Assembly (NCBI GenBank): GCA_965662895.1
Contig: CBFIJH010000008.1
Coordinates: 27,852 to 91,851, forward strand
Reading direction: 5' to 3'
DNA from: Candidatus Poseidoniaceae archaeon
GTDB lineage: Archaea; Thermoplasmatota; Poseidoniia; Poseidoniales; Poseidoniaceae
Length of the DNA stretch: 64,000 bases
The translations under genes and the position numbers were made by a program. The first letter of the stretch is position 1; the number at the start of each line of letters is the position of its first letter. Below are positions 1 to 8,884 of this stretch, piece by piece. The notes beneath the pieces are model-generated. The model saw only the letters and a list, made by a program, of their open reading frames with translations, was not told the DNA's origin and made no database searches.

Positions 1-308
1 AAGATGTTCGCCTTCGATTGGTTCTCGATGAAGATGCAGCAACATGCGCACTACTGGTGTCAAAAGACGCTGCATTGGCGCTTCTCGAAACGGATTATGC
101 AGCCATGAGCGATGAAATACAAGCCAATGGATCGATGGCGTATGTCCAAAACATTCGTGACAAACTACTCGGGTGTCAACTCGACGTCACAGGCCGAATC
201 ATCAACGATGGCCAGGGGGCCATGATTTTGTGCGATGGAGCCACTTTTGTGGAATCTGACCCCGGTTTGATAGCGACTGAATTACGTGCACAATGGGGGT
301 TGCAGTGA
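1..308 (+). CDS. RPA-like OB-fold ssDNA-binding protein, 3' part only (5' end outside window)
   Basis: Frame is open from the window edge. OB-like C-terminus (...LLGCQLDVTGRIIND..MILC). Stop overlaps the next start (TGATG), as in archaeal RPA/RPA-associated gene pairs. Confidence 0.5.
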   Translation, partial: DVRLRLVLDEDAATCALLVSKDAALALLETDYAAMSDEIQANGSMAYVQNIRDKLLGCQLDVTGRIINDGQGAMILCDGATFVESDPGLIATELRAQWGLQ

Positions 309-1234
309 TGACCCCCTCGCGACAAATCCAACGTCAACCTTCATGGGTTATGCTTGCCTCTGAGTTCGGGGAATCAACACTTCACGAGAAAGGTTCTGGC
401 GAATTTGACCCGACGTTCGTGATTACAAAACTCGGAGCAAAAGTCAATCGAGTCGTAGTTTCCGGTCTTGTCGAACGTCTCGAATTACGTGAAACAAGCA
501 ACGGTTCACAAATGTACCAAGGTCAAGTTCGAGACCCATCAGGCCTTCATTACTTCTCAGTCGGGGAATACGCATCGGAATCCATGCGTGAGTTCGTGGT
601 CCAACTTCTCGAGAAAGTTGATTCAGGAGAACCAATCCTTCTCAGCATGACAGCAAAAGCACGATGGTATCAAACGGATGAAGGTGCAGTATACACCTCT
701 CTGCGCCCCGAAGAAGCGGCTGTTGTAACTCGTGAACGGTACGCCTCTTGGCTTGTGCGTGCGTGTGCAGCAACGCTTGATCGTCTCGACCAACATCAAA
801 AATCATTGAATTGTGAGCCAACCAAAGAAAGTATGCTTGCAGCAGGGATTCGAGAAGAAATGACGGATGGCCTTCTTGCTGCAAATGCCCATTATGGCCA
901 AATCGATACAGAGGGATTCCGCCTCAACGTTATGCAAGCACTCGACATCGCTGAAGGTAAAATGGCTGCAGCTACAACTGCACCTCCGGTTCTCAACCTC
1001 ACCGAATCACAGACGGATGAAGAAGCAAGCGAAGGTGGCGACGATCTGCAAGCTGTAATCCTCGAATGCATTCAAGCAATGGACAATGGAGAAGGCGTCG
1101 ATTTCGAATCCTTGGTTCGGAATTTGTCGGCTCGCGGATTCACACGCGAGCAATCTGAAACACAGCTCGACACCATGAGTGATGAGGGATTGTTGCATGA
1201 ACCCCGGTTTGGATGGTTCAAGATTGTTGAATGA
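308..1234 (+). CDS. RPA-associated protein (RPA32-like OB fold plus C-terminal winged helix)
   Basis: GAKVNRVVVSGLV...RDPSG OB signature, acidic linker, C-terminal wHTH ending EGLLHEPRFGWFK. ATG at 308 is coupled to the upstream TGA. Confidence 0.7.
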   Translation: MTPSRQIQRQPSWVMLASEFGESTLHEKGSGEFDPTFVITKLGAKVNRVVVSGLVERLELRETSNGSQMYQGQVRDPSGLHYFSVGEYASESMREFVVQLLEKVDSGEPILLSMTAKARWYQTDEGAVYTSLRPEEAAVVTRERYASWLVRACAATLDRLDQHQKSLNCEPTKESMLAAGIREEMTDGLLAANAHYGQIDTEGFRLNVMQALDIAEGKMAAATTAPPVLNLTESQTDEEASEGGDDLQAVILECIQAMDNGEGVDFESLVRNLSARGFTREQSETQLDTMSDEGLLHEPRFGWFKIVE

Positions 1235-1292
1235 ACATATTGTTCCATTACATTCAAATCTTGCCTTCACCCTCAAGTAGTCAGGGGTCAAC

Positions 1293-1646
1293 ATGGCAGG
1301 CATGGATTTCTTCATTCGACCGGCAACAGGAACTGGTTCTGCAGATTGGATTCGTATTCCAAATGCAGACATTGACGTGAAGATTGCCAGGCGGTTAACA
1401 CGGACGATTATTCGTGGGGGAGAAGGTGACAATCTGCATGATGAAGGTGCTGAATCAACCATTTACACCGTTCGTGGTATTCTCTCCATCGATGATTACA
1501 AGAAAATTCTGAAGATGTTTCGAACCGGCCAACCATTCATTCATGACCCATTTGAAGAGCGGGATGTCAAGGTCATCTTTGCTACGCTTGAATATGAGGG
1601 ATCAACTGAAAAATTCACCTTCGAACTGATTGAAGATGTGATCTGA
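1293..1646 (+). CDS. Hypothetical 117-aa protein, first gene of the pilus/secretion operon; resembles DNA_circ_N/phage tail-initiator fold
   Basis: Clean ORF 11 bp before the T2SSF gene, whose SD GAGGTGA lies at the junction. Motif ARRL..IIRGGEGDNLHDEG..IYTVRG...DDY...HDPF. Confidence 0.6.
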   Translation: MAGMDFFIRPATGTGSADWIRIPNADIDVKIARRLTRTIIRGGEGDNLHDEGAESTIYTVRGILSIDDYKKILKMFRTGQPFIHDPFEERDVKVIFATLEYEGSTEKFTFELIEDVI

Positions 1647-1657
1647 GGTGAATAAAC

Positions 1658-2233
1658 ATGAGAAAACTCGACGAAAAGCGTGAAGTTCTCTACGTCATTC
1701 GCGCCATGGACGTCCTCATGTCGTCCGGTATTGGTCTCGAAGCAACCGTGCACAGCATTTCACAAGGCGGGTACGGAATAATTTCAGAAGATTTCAGTTC
1801 CATGATGGATAAAGTCCGGAAAGGCGGTCGACCACTCGCAAAAGAAATCAAGGCTCTCATGGGAAAGGTCGAAACCGAAGGATATCGGCGTCTTCTCAAC
1901 ATCATGCACATGAACATTACACAGAATACGGATATTATTGAAACGCTCAAAAAACAAGGTTCGCGAATGGAAGAAGAACGAACGGAAGATGTGAAGAAAT
2001 ACATCGAGGATTTGAGTGGCGTCCCGGAATCATTGCTCTCCATCGGAATGATTGGACCAATTATTCTCGCTGTCCTTGGACTCTTTCCACAATTGGTTGG
2101 CGATATGGGAGCACTTTTCAGTATGCCTGAACAATCGACAATTGATGTCGTAGTTAACATCGGATTATTCCTCACGCTTTTTGCAATGGTTATGATCGGC
2201 CTCAAGACGCATACGAAAGACCCAGGATTGTGA
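1658..2233 (+). CDS. Type II secretion system F-family (TadB/TadC-like) membrane platform protein
   Basis: LMSSGIGLEA...GYGIISEDF T2SSF pattern, two C-terminal TM helices, adjacent to ATPase. Confidence 0.8.
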   Translation: MRKLDEKREVLYVIRAMDVLMSSGIGLEATVHSISQGGYGIISEDFSSMMDKVRKGGRPLAKEIKALMGKVETEGYRRLLNIMHMNITQNTDIIETLKKQGSRMEEERTEDVKKYIEDLSGVPESLLSIGMIGPIILAVLGLFPQLVGDMGALFSMPEQSTIDVVVNIGLFLTLFAMVMIGLKTHTKDPGL

Positions 2234-2237
2234 TTTG

Positions 2238-2969
2238 ATGCTTTTCCGTTTCCTTGAGTCGTTTAGCAATCAACCGATGATGCTGATGCTCGGAGTTCTT
2301 GGACTCGGCATGATTGGGGGAGGGATTCCTCCGATTCGAGAGCGAATTCGTCGACGAAAAATCGAGAATGCTCTTCCTTCTTTCTTGGAAGGTCTCTCTG
2401 ATGAGGTAGGAGCAGGTCTCGGAATTCAAGAAGCGATGCAACATCAGGCAAAATCTGCGCCTGCTCCACTCGGACCCCTTCTTGAGGAGACGCTGAAGGA
2501 GAGCCATTCAAGTTCATTTGACGCTGCACTCTCAAGTTTTGCAACAAAATCCCGCTCATCTCAAGTTCAACGCGTCATGCATTTGCTCGAAACTGCAATC
2601 GAACAGAATGCTCCATTGCAAGACATATTGATGAATCTCTCCATGGATTACGAGCGTTTGAACGATCTGATGAACAAAAGAGAATCCGAACTTCAAGGTC
2701 GTGGTCTTCTCATCGTTCTGTTTGTTTGCATTGGACTACCAGGGCTCATTGGATTCCTCGTCGGTCTGTTTACACCTGCTTCGTCAGGTTTTCAAATCGA
2801 AGGTTTTCTCTCAACATTCAGCTTGTTCTTCGCCGTTGCAAGCGCCATCGGTGTAGCCGTCTCTGGACGTATGCTTGGCCGCATGCGAGATACCATGTGG
2901 TTTGTTCCTGGATGGATGGCAATGTCGATGTTCATTTTCCTCGGTGCTACGAAATTAATTGGAGGCTAA
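2238..2969 (+). CDS. Type II secretion system F-family (TadC/ArlJ-like) membrane protein
   Basis: IENALPSFLEGLSDEVGAGLGIQEA T2SSF signature, several TM helices. Confidence 0.85.
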   Translation: MLFRFLESFSNQPMMLMLGVLGLGMIGGGIPPIRERIRRRKIENALPSFLEGLSDEVGAGLGIQEAMQHQAKSAPAPLGPLLEETLKESHSSSFDAALSSFATKSRSSQVQRVMHLLETAIEQNAPLQDILMNLSMDYERLNDLMNKRESELQGRGLLIVLFVCIGLPGLIGFLVGLFTPASSGFQIEGFLSTFSLFFAVASAIGVAVSGRMLGRMRDTMWFVPGWMAMSMFIFLGATKLIGG

Positions 2970-2972
2970 AGT

Positions 2973-4217
2973 ATGTCAGAACAAATTCTTGAACAATATG
3001 GGAATGTTACAATCTACACGGAATCAAACCACCCTTCTCCAATTTATCATGTCGAAGGAAACGTTGCACCGAACCCGCATGGCAATCTTGCCGTTTTGTT
3101 CGAAGATGATAATCTGGAAGAAGTCATGTACAACGGTGGGACGCAATGTGTGAAAGTCGCTCACCGAAAGCACGGAATGTGCCGTACCAACGTTTGGATC
3201 AACGATGAAGAAGGCCTGCAAATTGCCAAAAACATCGCCGCGTTCACAAATGTCCCTCTTGGAGATGGACCAGGAATGGTACCAATTTTTGATGGAAGGC
3301 TACCGGATGGATCACGTGTGAACGGAACCATACCTCCGGTTTCGCCGGACGGACCTACACTTACAATTCGTAAATTCAAAGAAGATCCTTTGACGATGAT
3401 CGACTTGGTGAAATTCGGAACCGTCAATTCTCGTCTTGCGGCGATGATGTGGGTTTGGATTGAAGGGCTTGATAGCAGGCCAGCCAACTTTGTCATTGCT
3501 GGCGGGACAGGTTCAGGTAAGACAACGACGCTGAATTGTCTTGGAATGTACATTCCATGGCATCGCCGTCTTTTGACGGTGGAGGATACGGCAGAATTGC
3601 AAGTGTATCACGACCATTGGTTGCGGATGGAAACCCGCCGAGAACGCCCAGATGGAACACCGGAAGTCGACATGAACGATTGTCTAAAGTCAAGCCTACG
3701 TATGCGCCCAGACCGCATCATCGTCGGGGAAGTACGCGGTCCAGAGGCTGCAACGCTGCTCACTGCCATGAACACTGGACACGATGGGTCGTTCGGCAGC
3801 CTACACGCAAACACTGCTCAGGAAACCGTAACCAGAATGATCAATCCGCCAATGAATGTACCACCAATTATGCTTACTGGTCTTGACCTCATCATCATCC
3901 AGGCTCGATTGCATGTCAATGGAAAGACGGCTCGTAAGATTACTGAAGTTGCTGAAATTGCAGGAATGGAAGGCTCAAAACCTCGCTTGAATACAATCTG
4001 GAAGTACAACGCAGCGACCGATCAGATCGAAGAGACTGGAATTCCTTCAAATCTTCGCGAGGTCATCTGTAGAGCCGCTGGTGTTACCCCGGACGTTTTC
4101 GAAAAGCATGTTCAACAGCGTCAACAAATCATTGAAGATTTGATTGCTCGAGACATCACCGATATCCAATCCGTAACAACAGTCATTCAGAACTTCTACG
4201 CTCAAAGTCATCATTGA
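2973..4217 (+). CDS. Type IV pilus/secretion ATPase (CpaF/TadA/VirB11 family)
   Basis: LTIRKF; Walker A GGTGSGKTT; Asp box EDTAEL; LRMRPDRIIVGEVRG; His box NTGHDGSFGSLH. Confidence 0.95.
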   Translation: MSEQILEQYGNVTIYTESNHPSPIYHVEGNVAPNPHGNLAVLFEDDNLEEVMYNGGTQCVKVAHRKHGMCRTNVWINDEEGLQIAKNIAAFTNVPLGDGPGMVPIFDGRLPDGSRVNGTIPPVSPDGPTLTIRKFKEDPLTMIDLVKFGTVNSRLAAMMWVWIEGLDSRPANFVIAGGTGSGKTTTLNCLGMYIPWHRRLLTVEDTAELQVYHDHWLRMETRRERPDGTPEVDMNDCLKSSLRMRPDRIIVGEVRGPEAATLLTAMNTGHDGSFGSLHANTAQETVTRMINPPMNVPPIMLTGLDLIIIQARLHVNGKTARKITEVAEIAGMEGSKPRLNTIWKYNAATDQIEETGIPSNLREVICRAAGVTPDVFEKHVQQRQQIIEDLIARDITDIQSVTTVIQNFYAQSHH

Positions 4218-5959
4218 TCGTCTTGCAACTGAAGCCTCGAGAGTAAGGCATCAACACGATCGATTTTTCCTCGAACTTCACCAACACGCTCTGCAGCATC
4301 TGCGACGGATTCTGCAACCTGCATCTCAGGCTCATCAAGATCGACTTCTTGCGGTTTGAAAGTTGATGCAAGAGCTTTGAGTTCTGCAACGATTGCATCA
4401 ACCTGTTCATCACTCACCAAAATTCCTGGTGCAAGACGTGGTATCTGACTTGGTGTTAGATATCCCAATTCTGTACCTACAATTCCTGCACATGCAAGGA
4501 CTCGAGGACGAAGTTCAGAAGTGTTGACAAGATAACCTTTTGATTCGAGGAATCGTATGATAAGACTCTGTTGTGCTTCTGAAAATTCTCCTTCACTCGA
4601 CTCGAGAACGGTTTCGACAAGCGACTCAAAGGATGGCAGGTTTCTCTCCAAACGTTCGATGGTTCGACGAACCTCATCCGGCAGATGGACTGCACCATGA
4701 TAGAGAATACGGAGCATTCGATTTCTTCGAGCAGTCGCTGGATCTTGCAATTCCTCAGCTTCGCTGATTTCAAGATGGAGATCAAACAAAGCATGCAGCC
4801 TTCCAGAGACTGCAGGGCTTCTCAAATCCAATCCGAGACCTCGCGCTTCCTCCTCAAATTCCATTCGTGCTTGTACCAAATTCCCCTGCCGTCCAGCAAC
4901 AATTTCAGATATTCGTTCCCGCAACTGAGGGCGCATCTGTTCAAACAATCGAATCGCCTCTCGTTCAGACCACGAGCCGGGTTTGCTTGAGAGTGCATTT
5001 TTTTCTTGTTCGTATCGATACGATGTTTCCATAATTATCGTCCGAATTGCATCTTGTACGCGCAGTAGGTCCACCGAAAACCCGTGGTTTGAAAGACTCA
5101 TGATAAACGAATTCATATCGTCCATATCGGTTGTGCTACCAACCAACAAGTAGTCTCTTGCAGCAGCTTCAATCTCTGGACGACGGGAGGAGATTTCCAA
5201 CAATGCAGCCTCTTCTTCAAGGGTCGGTTCTTCTGTTGCAAGTTCCTGCAGCATTGGAGGAACCGGTTGTTCGACTTCAACGATGTGTGCTTGAAGGCTT
5301 TCTTCTATAGATACTGCCATATCGGAGAGAGAACGATCAAAACGTTCTGATTTTTCGATTAATTCGGATTCTTCTTCGAACGTCCATCCTTCAGGATGTT
5401 CGGAAACAAAAGCATCCACTGTTTCTTCAATGGAAGACTGCTCAGGAGTTGTTTCTTCATCTGACTCTCCTTTGACAGGTATCTTTACTGAACCTCCACC
5501 TCGTTTTAGAGAACGTTTGATGACACCCCAATTCTTGTATTGGGCTGAAAGAACACCGGCGACGCGTATGAGCAGCGTTTGGCGATTACCCGAACGAGGC
5601 AACTCCAAGGCTTTGCATAATGCATGCAATTCCTCCTTCGTCATCTTGTCAAGATTTTCCTCTTTAAGTTGCTTTGGATCGTGGTTGAGATGCAAATACA
5701 AACGCTGTCGACGGGTTCGTAATGAACCTGTTTTCTTAATTCCAAAAACCCCGAGAAGGTCCCCGAGGTCGCTGTTAAGGATACTTTTCAACCCATCCAA
5801 AGTTAAATCCCATTCTGGCAAAATCAAGTCACGAATTAATTGTGCTCGTAGAAATTCAACAGAGCCATTTTTTGCGAGACCATAGGCTGAAGCAATCTCT
5901 TTGAGATCCTCGAGGCGTGCCTGATAAAGTTCAGACAGAAGACTCGAACGATTGCTCAT
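4211..5959 (-). CDS. Protein with three N-terminal SAP-like DNA-binding repeats and a helical/coiled-coil C-terminus
   Basis: Three L..L...L+.....GL..sG....L..R[LV] repeats, e.g. LDKMTKEELHALCKALELPRSGNRQTLLIRV. Confidence 0.7.
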   Translation of the reverse strand: MSNRSSLLSELYQARLEDLKEIASAYGLAKNGSVEFLRAQLIRDLILPEWDLTLDGLKSILNSDLGDLLGVFGIKKTGSLRTRRQRLYLHLNHDPKQLKEENLDKMTKEELHALCKALELPRSGNRQTLLIRVAGVLSAQYKNWGVIKRSLKRGGGSVKIPVKGESDEETTPEQSSIEETVDAFVSEHPEGWTFEEESELIEKSERFDRSLSDMAVSIEESLQAHIVEVEQPVPPMLQELATEEPTLEEEAALLEISSRRPEIEAAARDYLLVGSTTDMDDMNSFIMSLSNHGFSVDLLRVQDAIRTIIMETSYRYEQEKNALSSKPGSWSEREAIRLFEQMRPQLRERISEIVAGRQGNLVQARMEFEEEARGLGLDLRSPAVSGRLHALFDLHLEISEAEELQDPATARRNRMLRILYHGAVHLPDEVRRTIERLERNLPSFESLVETVLESSEGEFSEAQQSLIIRFLESKGYLVNTSELRPRVLACAGIVGTELGYLTPSQIPRLAPGILVSDEQVDAIVAELKALASTFKPQEVDLDEPEMQVAESVADAAERVGEVRGKIDRVDALLSRLQLQDDQ

Positions 5960-6131
5960 CACGTTCACCTGAGTTTGGTTATTTCCTTACAGTATATGTG
6001 GTTTCGCTGTCAAATCAGTACCAAGAGCCCGATTTTTCGTCCGATTTTACCGGACGGGATACATGTTTTCTGTGAGTAAATTTGGCTAAACCTTGAAACA
6101 CGTTCGACACTCAGGGTGAGTTGGTGAGTGA

Positions 6132-6749
6132 ATGGTTAGTGCTGAGAAGACCGCGAGAACTATGCTCAAACAAGCCAGCGAACTTGGTACCACGCTTCGC
6201 GAAATAGTTCGCAGAGATCTAGCCGATGAGACACGGCGATTCAACGACACCCTCAATCAACGTATTCAACTTGCTAGCGAAGCGATCGTCCAAGCGGTCA
6301 AGGCCAAAGAAGCAATAGCAGCCGGCGCATCTTCAATCAGCACGAAATTAGAAAAGGCACACCGTCGATATTCAAAGAACAACAACATCGAGGAGTTTCG
6401 TGGAGTTCTTCAATCCACACTCTCCGAAGTCCAACAATTGCGAGAGCAGCATGAATCCGTAGCGAATTCACTCCGTGAAGCCCAGACGCCAAGCCGCTCC
6501 GCTGTTGAGATTGTTGAGCGCTTTGCGATTGAATTGCAAAAAGCGGCTGGCGGTTGGGAAGCGACTGGAAGAGAGATTGATGAAATCATTGCCAACCTTT
6601 GCGATCCAAATCCCGATGTTGCCCTTATTGAATTGGAAAAGTACCTTACAGAGAACGGTTTTGAAATCGTTCTTGTTGGAGAAAACCGGAGCGAAGAAGC
6701 CCTTTCTGAAGCACGAAGGCAACTTGGTTATTCTGATTCATCGGAGTGA
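6132..6749 (+). CDS. Hypothetical coiled-coil protein
   Basis: 205-aa helical, charged ORF with SD GGTGAG. Confidence 0.7.
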   Translation: MVSAEKTARTMLKQASELGTTLREIVRRDLADETRRFNDTLNQRIQLASEAIVQAVKAKEAIAAGASSISTKLEKAHRRYSKNNNIEEFRGVLQSTLSEVQQLREQHESVANSLREAQTPSRSAVEIVERFAIELQKAAGGWEATGREIDEIIANLCDPNPDVALIELEKYLTENGFEIVLVGENRSEEALSEARRQLGYSDSSE

Positions 6750-7810
6750 AGTCGCATCATTGCAGGTCGTTCCTCATGGAATTCATCTGGCATGTCGCGA
6801 ATTCTGCGATTGGTTGCTCCATGCTCTGAGGTGAGTGTTGTGAGCATGTTGCCCCATTCTTGAAGGAGGTTGACCATTGCAACACGATGCTTTTCAATTG
6901 GACCAATTTGTTCAGCTGAAGCGCTGACTTTTCCATCTACGCTCAATGTTTCAATCTTCATTTCGACCCGGGTTGCTGCATCTTTGACGTTCTTTTCGGT
7001 ATCGATCATAGCCGTCATTGTCCAATCATCGTTGCTTCGTTTCGCTTCTCGCAAAATTGTTCCAACACCTCGCTGTTCAACATGAATGCCAGTAATATCG
7101 ACGAGTTCAGCAGGTATACTTTCAAGCAAAGAGGATTCAATACGGTAAGCAAATTCTGCGGAAGGGTCGAGGATATGCTCAATCCTCTTCTTTGGAAAGC
7201 CAACCCGTCCTACGAGAAGCGTGAAGCCATTCAATGGAGGTGGCACAAAGTGAGATCGTTCGGGTGAGCCCTTCTGCAACCCAAGTGTGTGCCTTCGTGT
7301 TTTACTTGAGAGGAGGTTGTATTGTGAACGTTTCACAACATAACCGTCAATCTCTCCTTCCGTCCTCAATGCTTCAAGTTGTTCGATCTCCTCACGAGAT
7401 TCAAAATCGACATCGATAAGATTGACCTCATCATTTCTGAGGAGAACTATATCCTGCCGTAAGCGAAGCATCTGCCGTTGTAAGAGAGGGTGATGACAGA
7501 CAATACGAGCATTCTTGATGAGATATTCAGGTTTATCCTCACTGACAAGAACCCAGGTTGGTTCACGGCGAGACAGTAAACCAACGATGGCAATGTTCTC
7601 GTTCTGATGTTCAATCCAATTTTGAGGGCTCATTGCGACCAAGTCACCTACGCCCTCAGCGAGAAGAACAAGTGAATCCTCAATCGTCGGAGTTTGGCGT
7701 AAAAGAGCATTAAACGTCTTACTGCGTTGCTCTAGGACCTTCTCAATCTGTTGTCGTACACCGTCGCCATGAGAAGATGTTGAAAGGAACACTAAGCGTT
7801 CATCGTCCAT
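6728..7810 (-). CDS. Divergent hydroxymethylbilane synthase (HemC)-like protein, probably inactive
   Basis: Collinear HemC-like segments (LAEGVGDLVAMS, RREPTWVLVS, QMLRLRQDI, FVPPPLNG, RIESSLL), but no SxKD, TSSLRR or GGC motifs. Confidence 0.6.
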   Translation of the reverse strand: MDDERLVFLSTSSHGDGVRQQIEKVLEQRSKTFNALLRQTPTIEDSLVLLAEGVGDLVAMSPQNWIEHQNENIAIVGLLSRREPTWVLVSEDKPEYLIKNARIVCHHPLLQRQMLRLRQDIVLLRNDEVNLIDVDFESREEIEQLEALRTEGEIDGYVVKRSQYNLLSSKTRRHTLGLQKGSPERSHFVPPPLNGFTLLVGRVGFPKKRIEHILDPSAEFAYRIESSLLESIPAELVDITGIHVEQRGVGTILREAKRSNDDWTMTAMIDTEKNVKDAATRVEMKIETLSVDGKVSASAEQIGPIEKHRVAMVNLLQEWGNMLTTLTSEHGATNRRIRDMPDEFHEERPAMMRLHSDESE

Positions 7811-7879
7811 CAAATCACCTCGGCCAAGGCCCCCTCAGCAATCTATGGGCGTAGACCACTCGTTAAGAAGGACACCCTC

Positions 7880-8875
7880 GTGGGTTATAACGTGCAAGCG
7901 ATTCCTGAAGCGCAACTTCTACGTCTTGAAGACCTTCGAGAAAAGGTAAATCAAGCGCTTGAAGCGCTAATTCAACGTGAAGTGGACAAAGGCGCAGGCG
8001 AAGTTGCCCAACTCTCCGGCGAAATGTTGTTGTCGGGGGGAAAACGACTCCGTCCTCTGCTCGGCATTTTTTGTTACGAAGTTGCTGGAGGAAGAGATCT
8101 CGATGAAATCATGGACCTTGCTTTAGCCTTCGAGTTGATTCACACTGCGACACTGATCCACGATGACATCAACGATGCGGCAAAACTACGAAGAGGTGTT
8201 ACAACCTTGCACGAACGCATTGGCCAACCGAAAGCCATCATCGCAGGAGATTGGCTTTTTGTCCAAGGATATGGTCTAAGTGGAAGATACACAAAAGATT
8301 GCATCGATTTGATTCGAGAGGCATGTGCAAACATTGCTGTCTCTGAATTCAAACAACTCGATCATGTCCTTGACTTGTCGACGTCTCCAGAAGATTATCT
8401 CGAAATCGTCAAGGGAAAAACGGCAGGTCCTTTCGCTGCTGTGTGTGAAAGCGCAGCCATCATCGCAGGAGCCTCGAGCGAGCAGTCCAAGGCCTTGGGT
8501 CGTTTTGGAATGGAGTTGGGAATCGCCTTCCAACTGATGGATGATTTGCTTGACCTCCGTGGTGACGAACGCATGGGTAAACCGCGAGGAAAAGATGTTA
8601 TCGAAGGGAAAATGACACTCCCTCTCATTCATGCACTCACCCTGCTCCACGGTGGCCGGAGGCGTCATCTTGCAGAAATTCTGAACAATTTTAATGACAA
8701 CCTTTGGGATGAATTGATGGGGCTCCTCGAAACCTCGGACTCGATTCAATATGCTGAATCGTTGATGCTGATTCACCTCGAGCGTGCAACCCATGAACTT
8801 GAGCAATTCCCATCATCCATGGCAAAATCTTTGCTTTTGAAAGTTGTAGAAAACGTCCACAGCCGTCACCTCTGA
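7880..8875 (+). CDS. Polyprenyl (geranylgeranyl) diphosphate synthase
   Basis: GGKRLRP; first Asp-rich motif HDDIND..RRG; GKTA; second Asp-rich motif FQLMDDLLD; GKMTLP. Confidence 0.95.
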   Translation: MGYNVQAIPEAQLLRLEDLREKVNQALEALIQREVDKGAGEVAQLSGEMLLSGGKRLRPLLGIFCYEVAGGRDLDEIMDLALAFELIHTATLIHDDINDAAKLRRGVTTLHERIGQPKAIIAGDWLFVQGYGLSGRYTKDCIDLIREACANIAVSEFKQLDHVLDLSTSPEDYLEIVKGKTAGPFAAVCESAAIIAGASSEQSKALGRFGMELGIAFQLMDDLLDLRGDERMGKPRGKDVIEGKMTLPLIHALTLLHGGRRRHLAEILNNFNDNLWDELMGLLETSDSIQYAESLMLIHLERATHELEQFPSSMAKSLLLKVVENVHSRHL

Positions 8876-8884
8876 GGTGTATGA

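Noticed and set aside
1658-4217. Archaellum (arlI/arlJ) operon
   Set aside because: No arlB/F/G/H; a short CpaF-type ATPase with two separate platform genes fits a pilus-type system better
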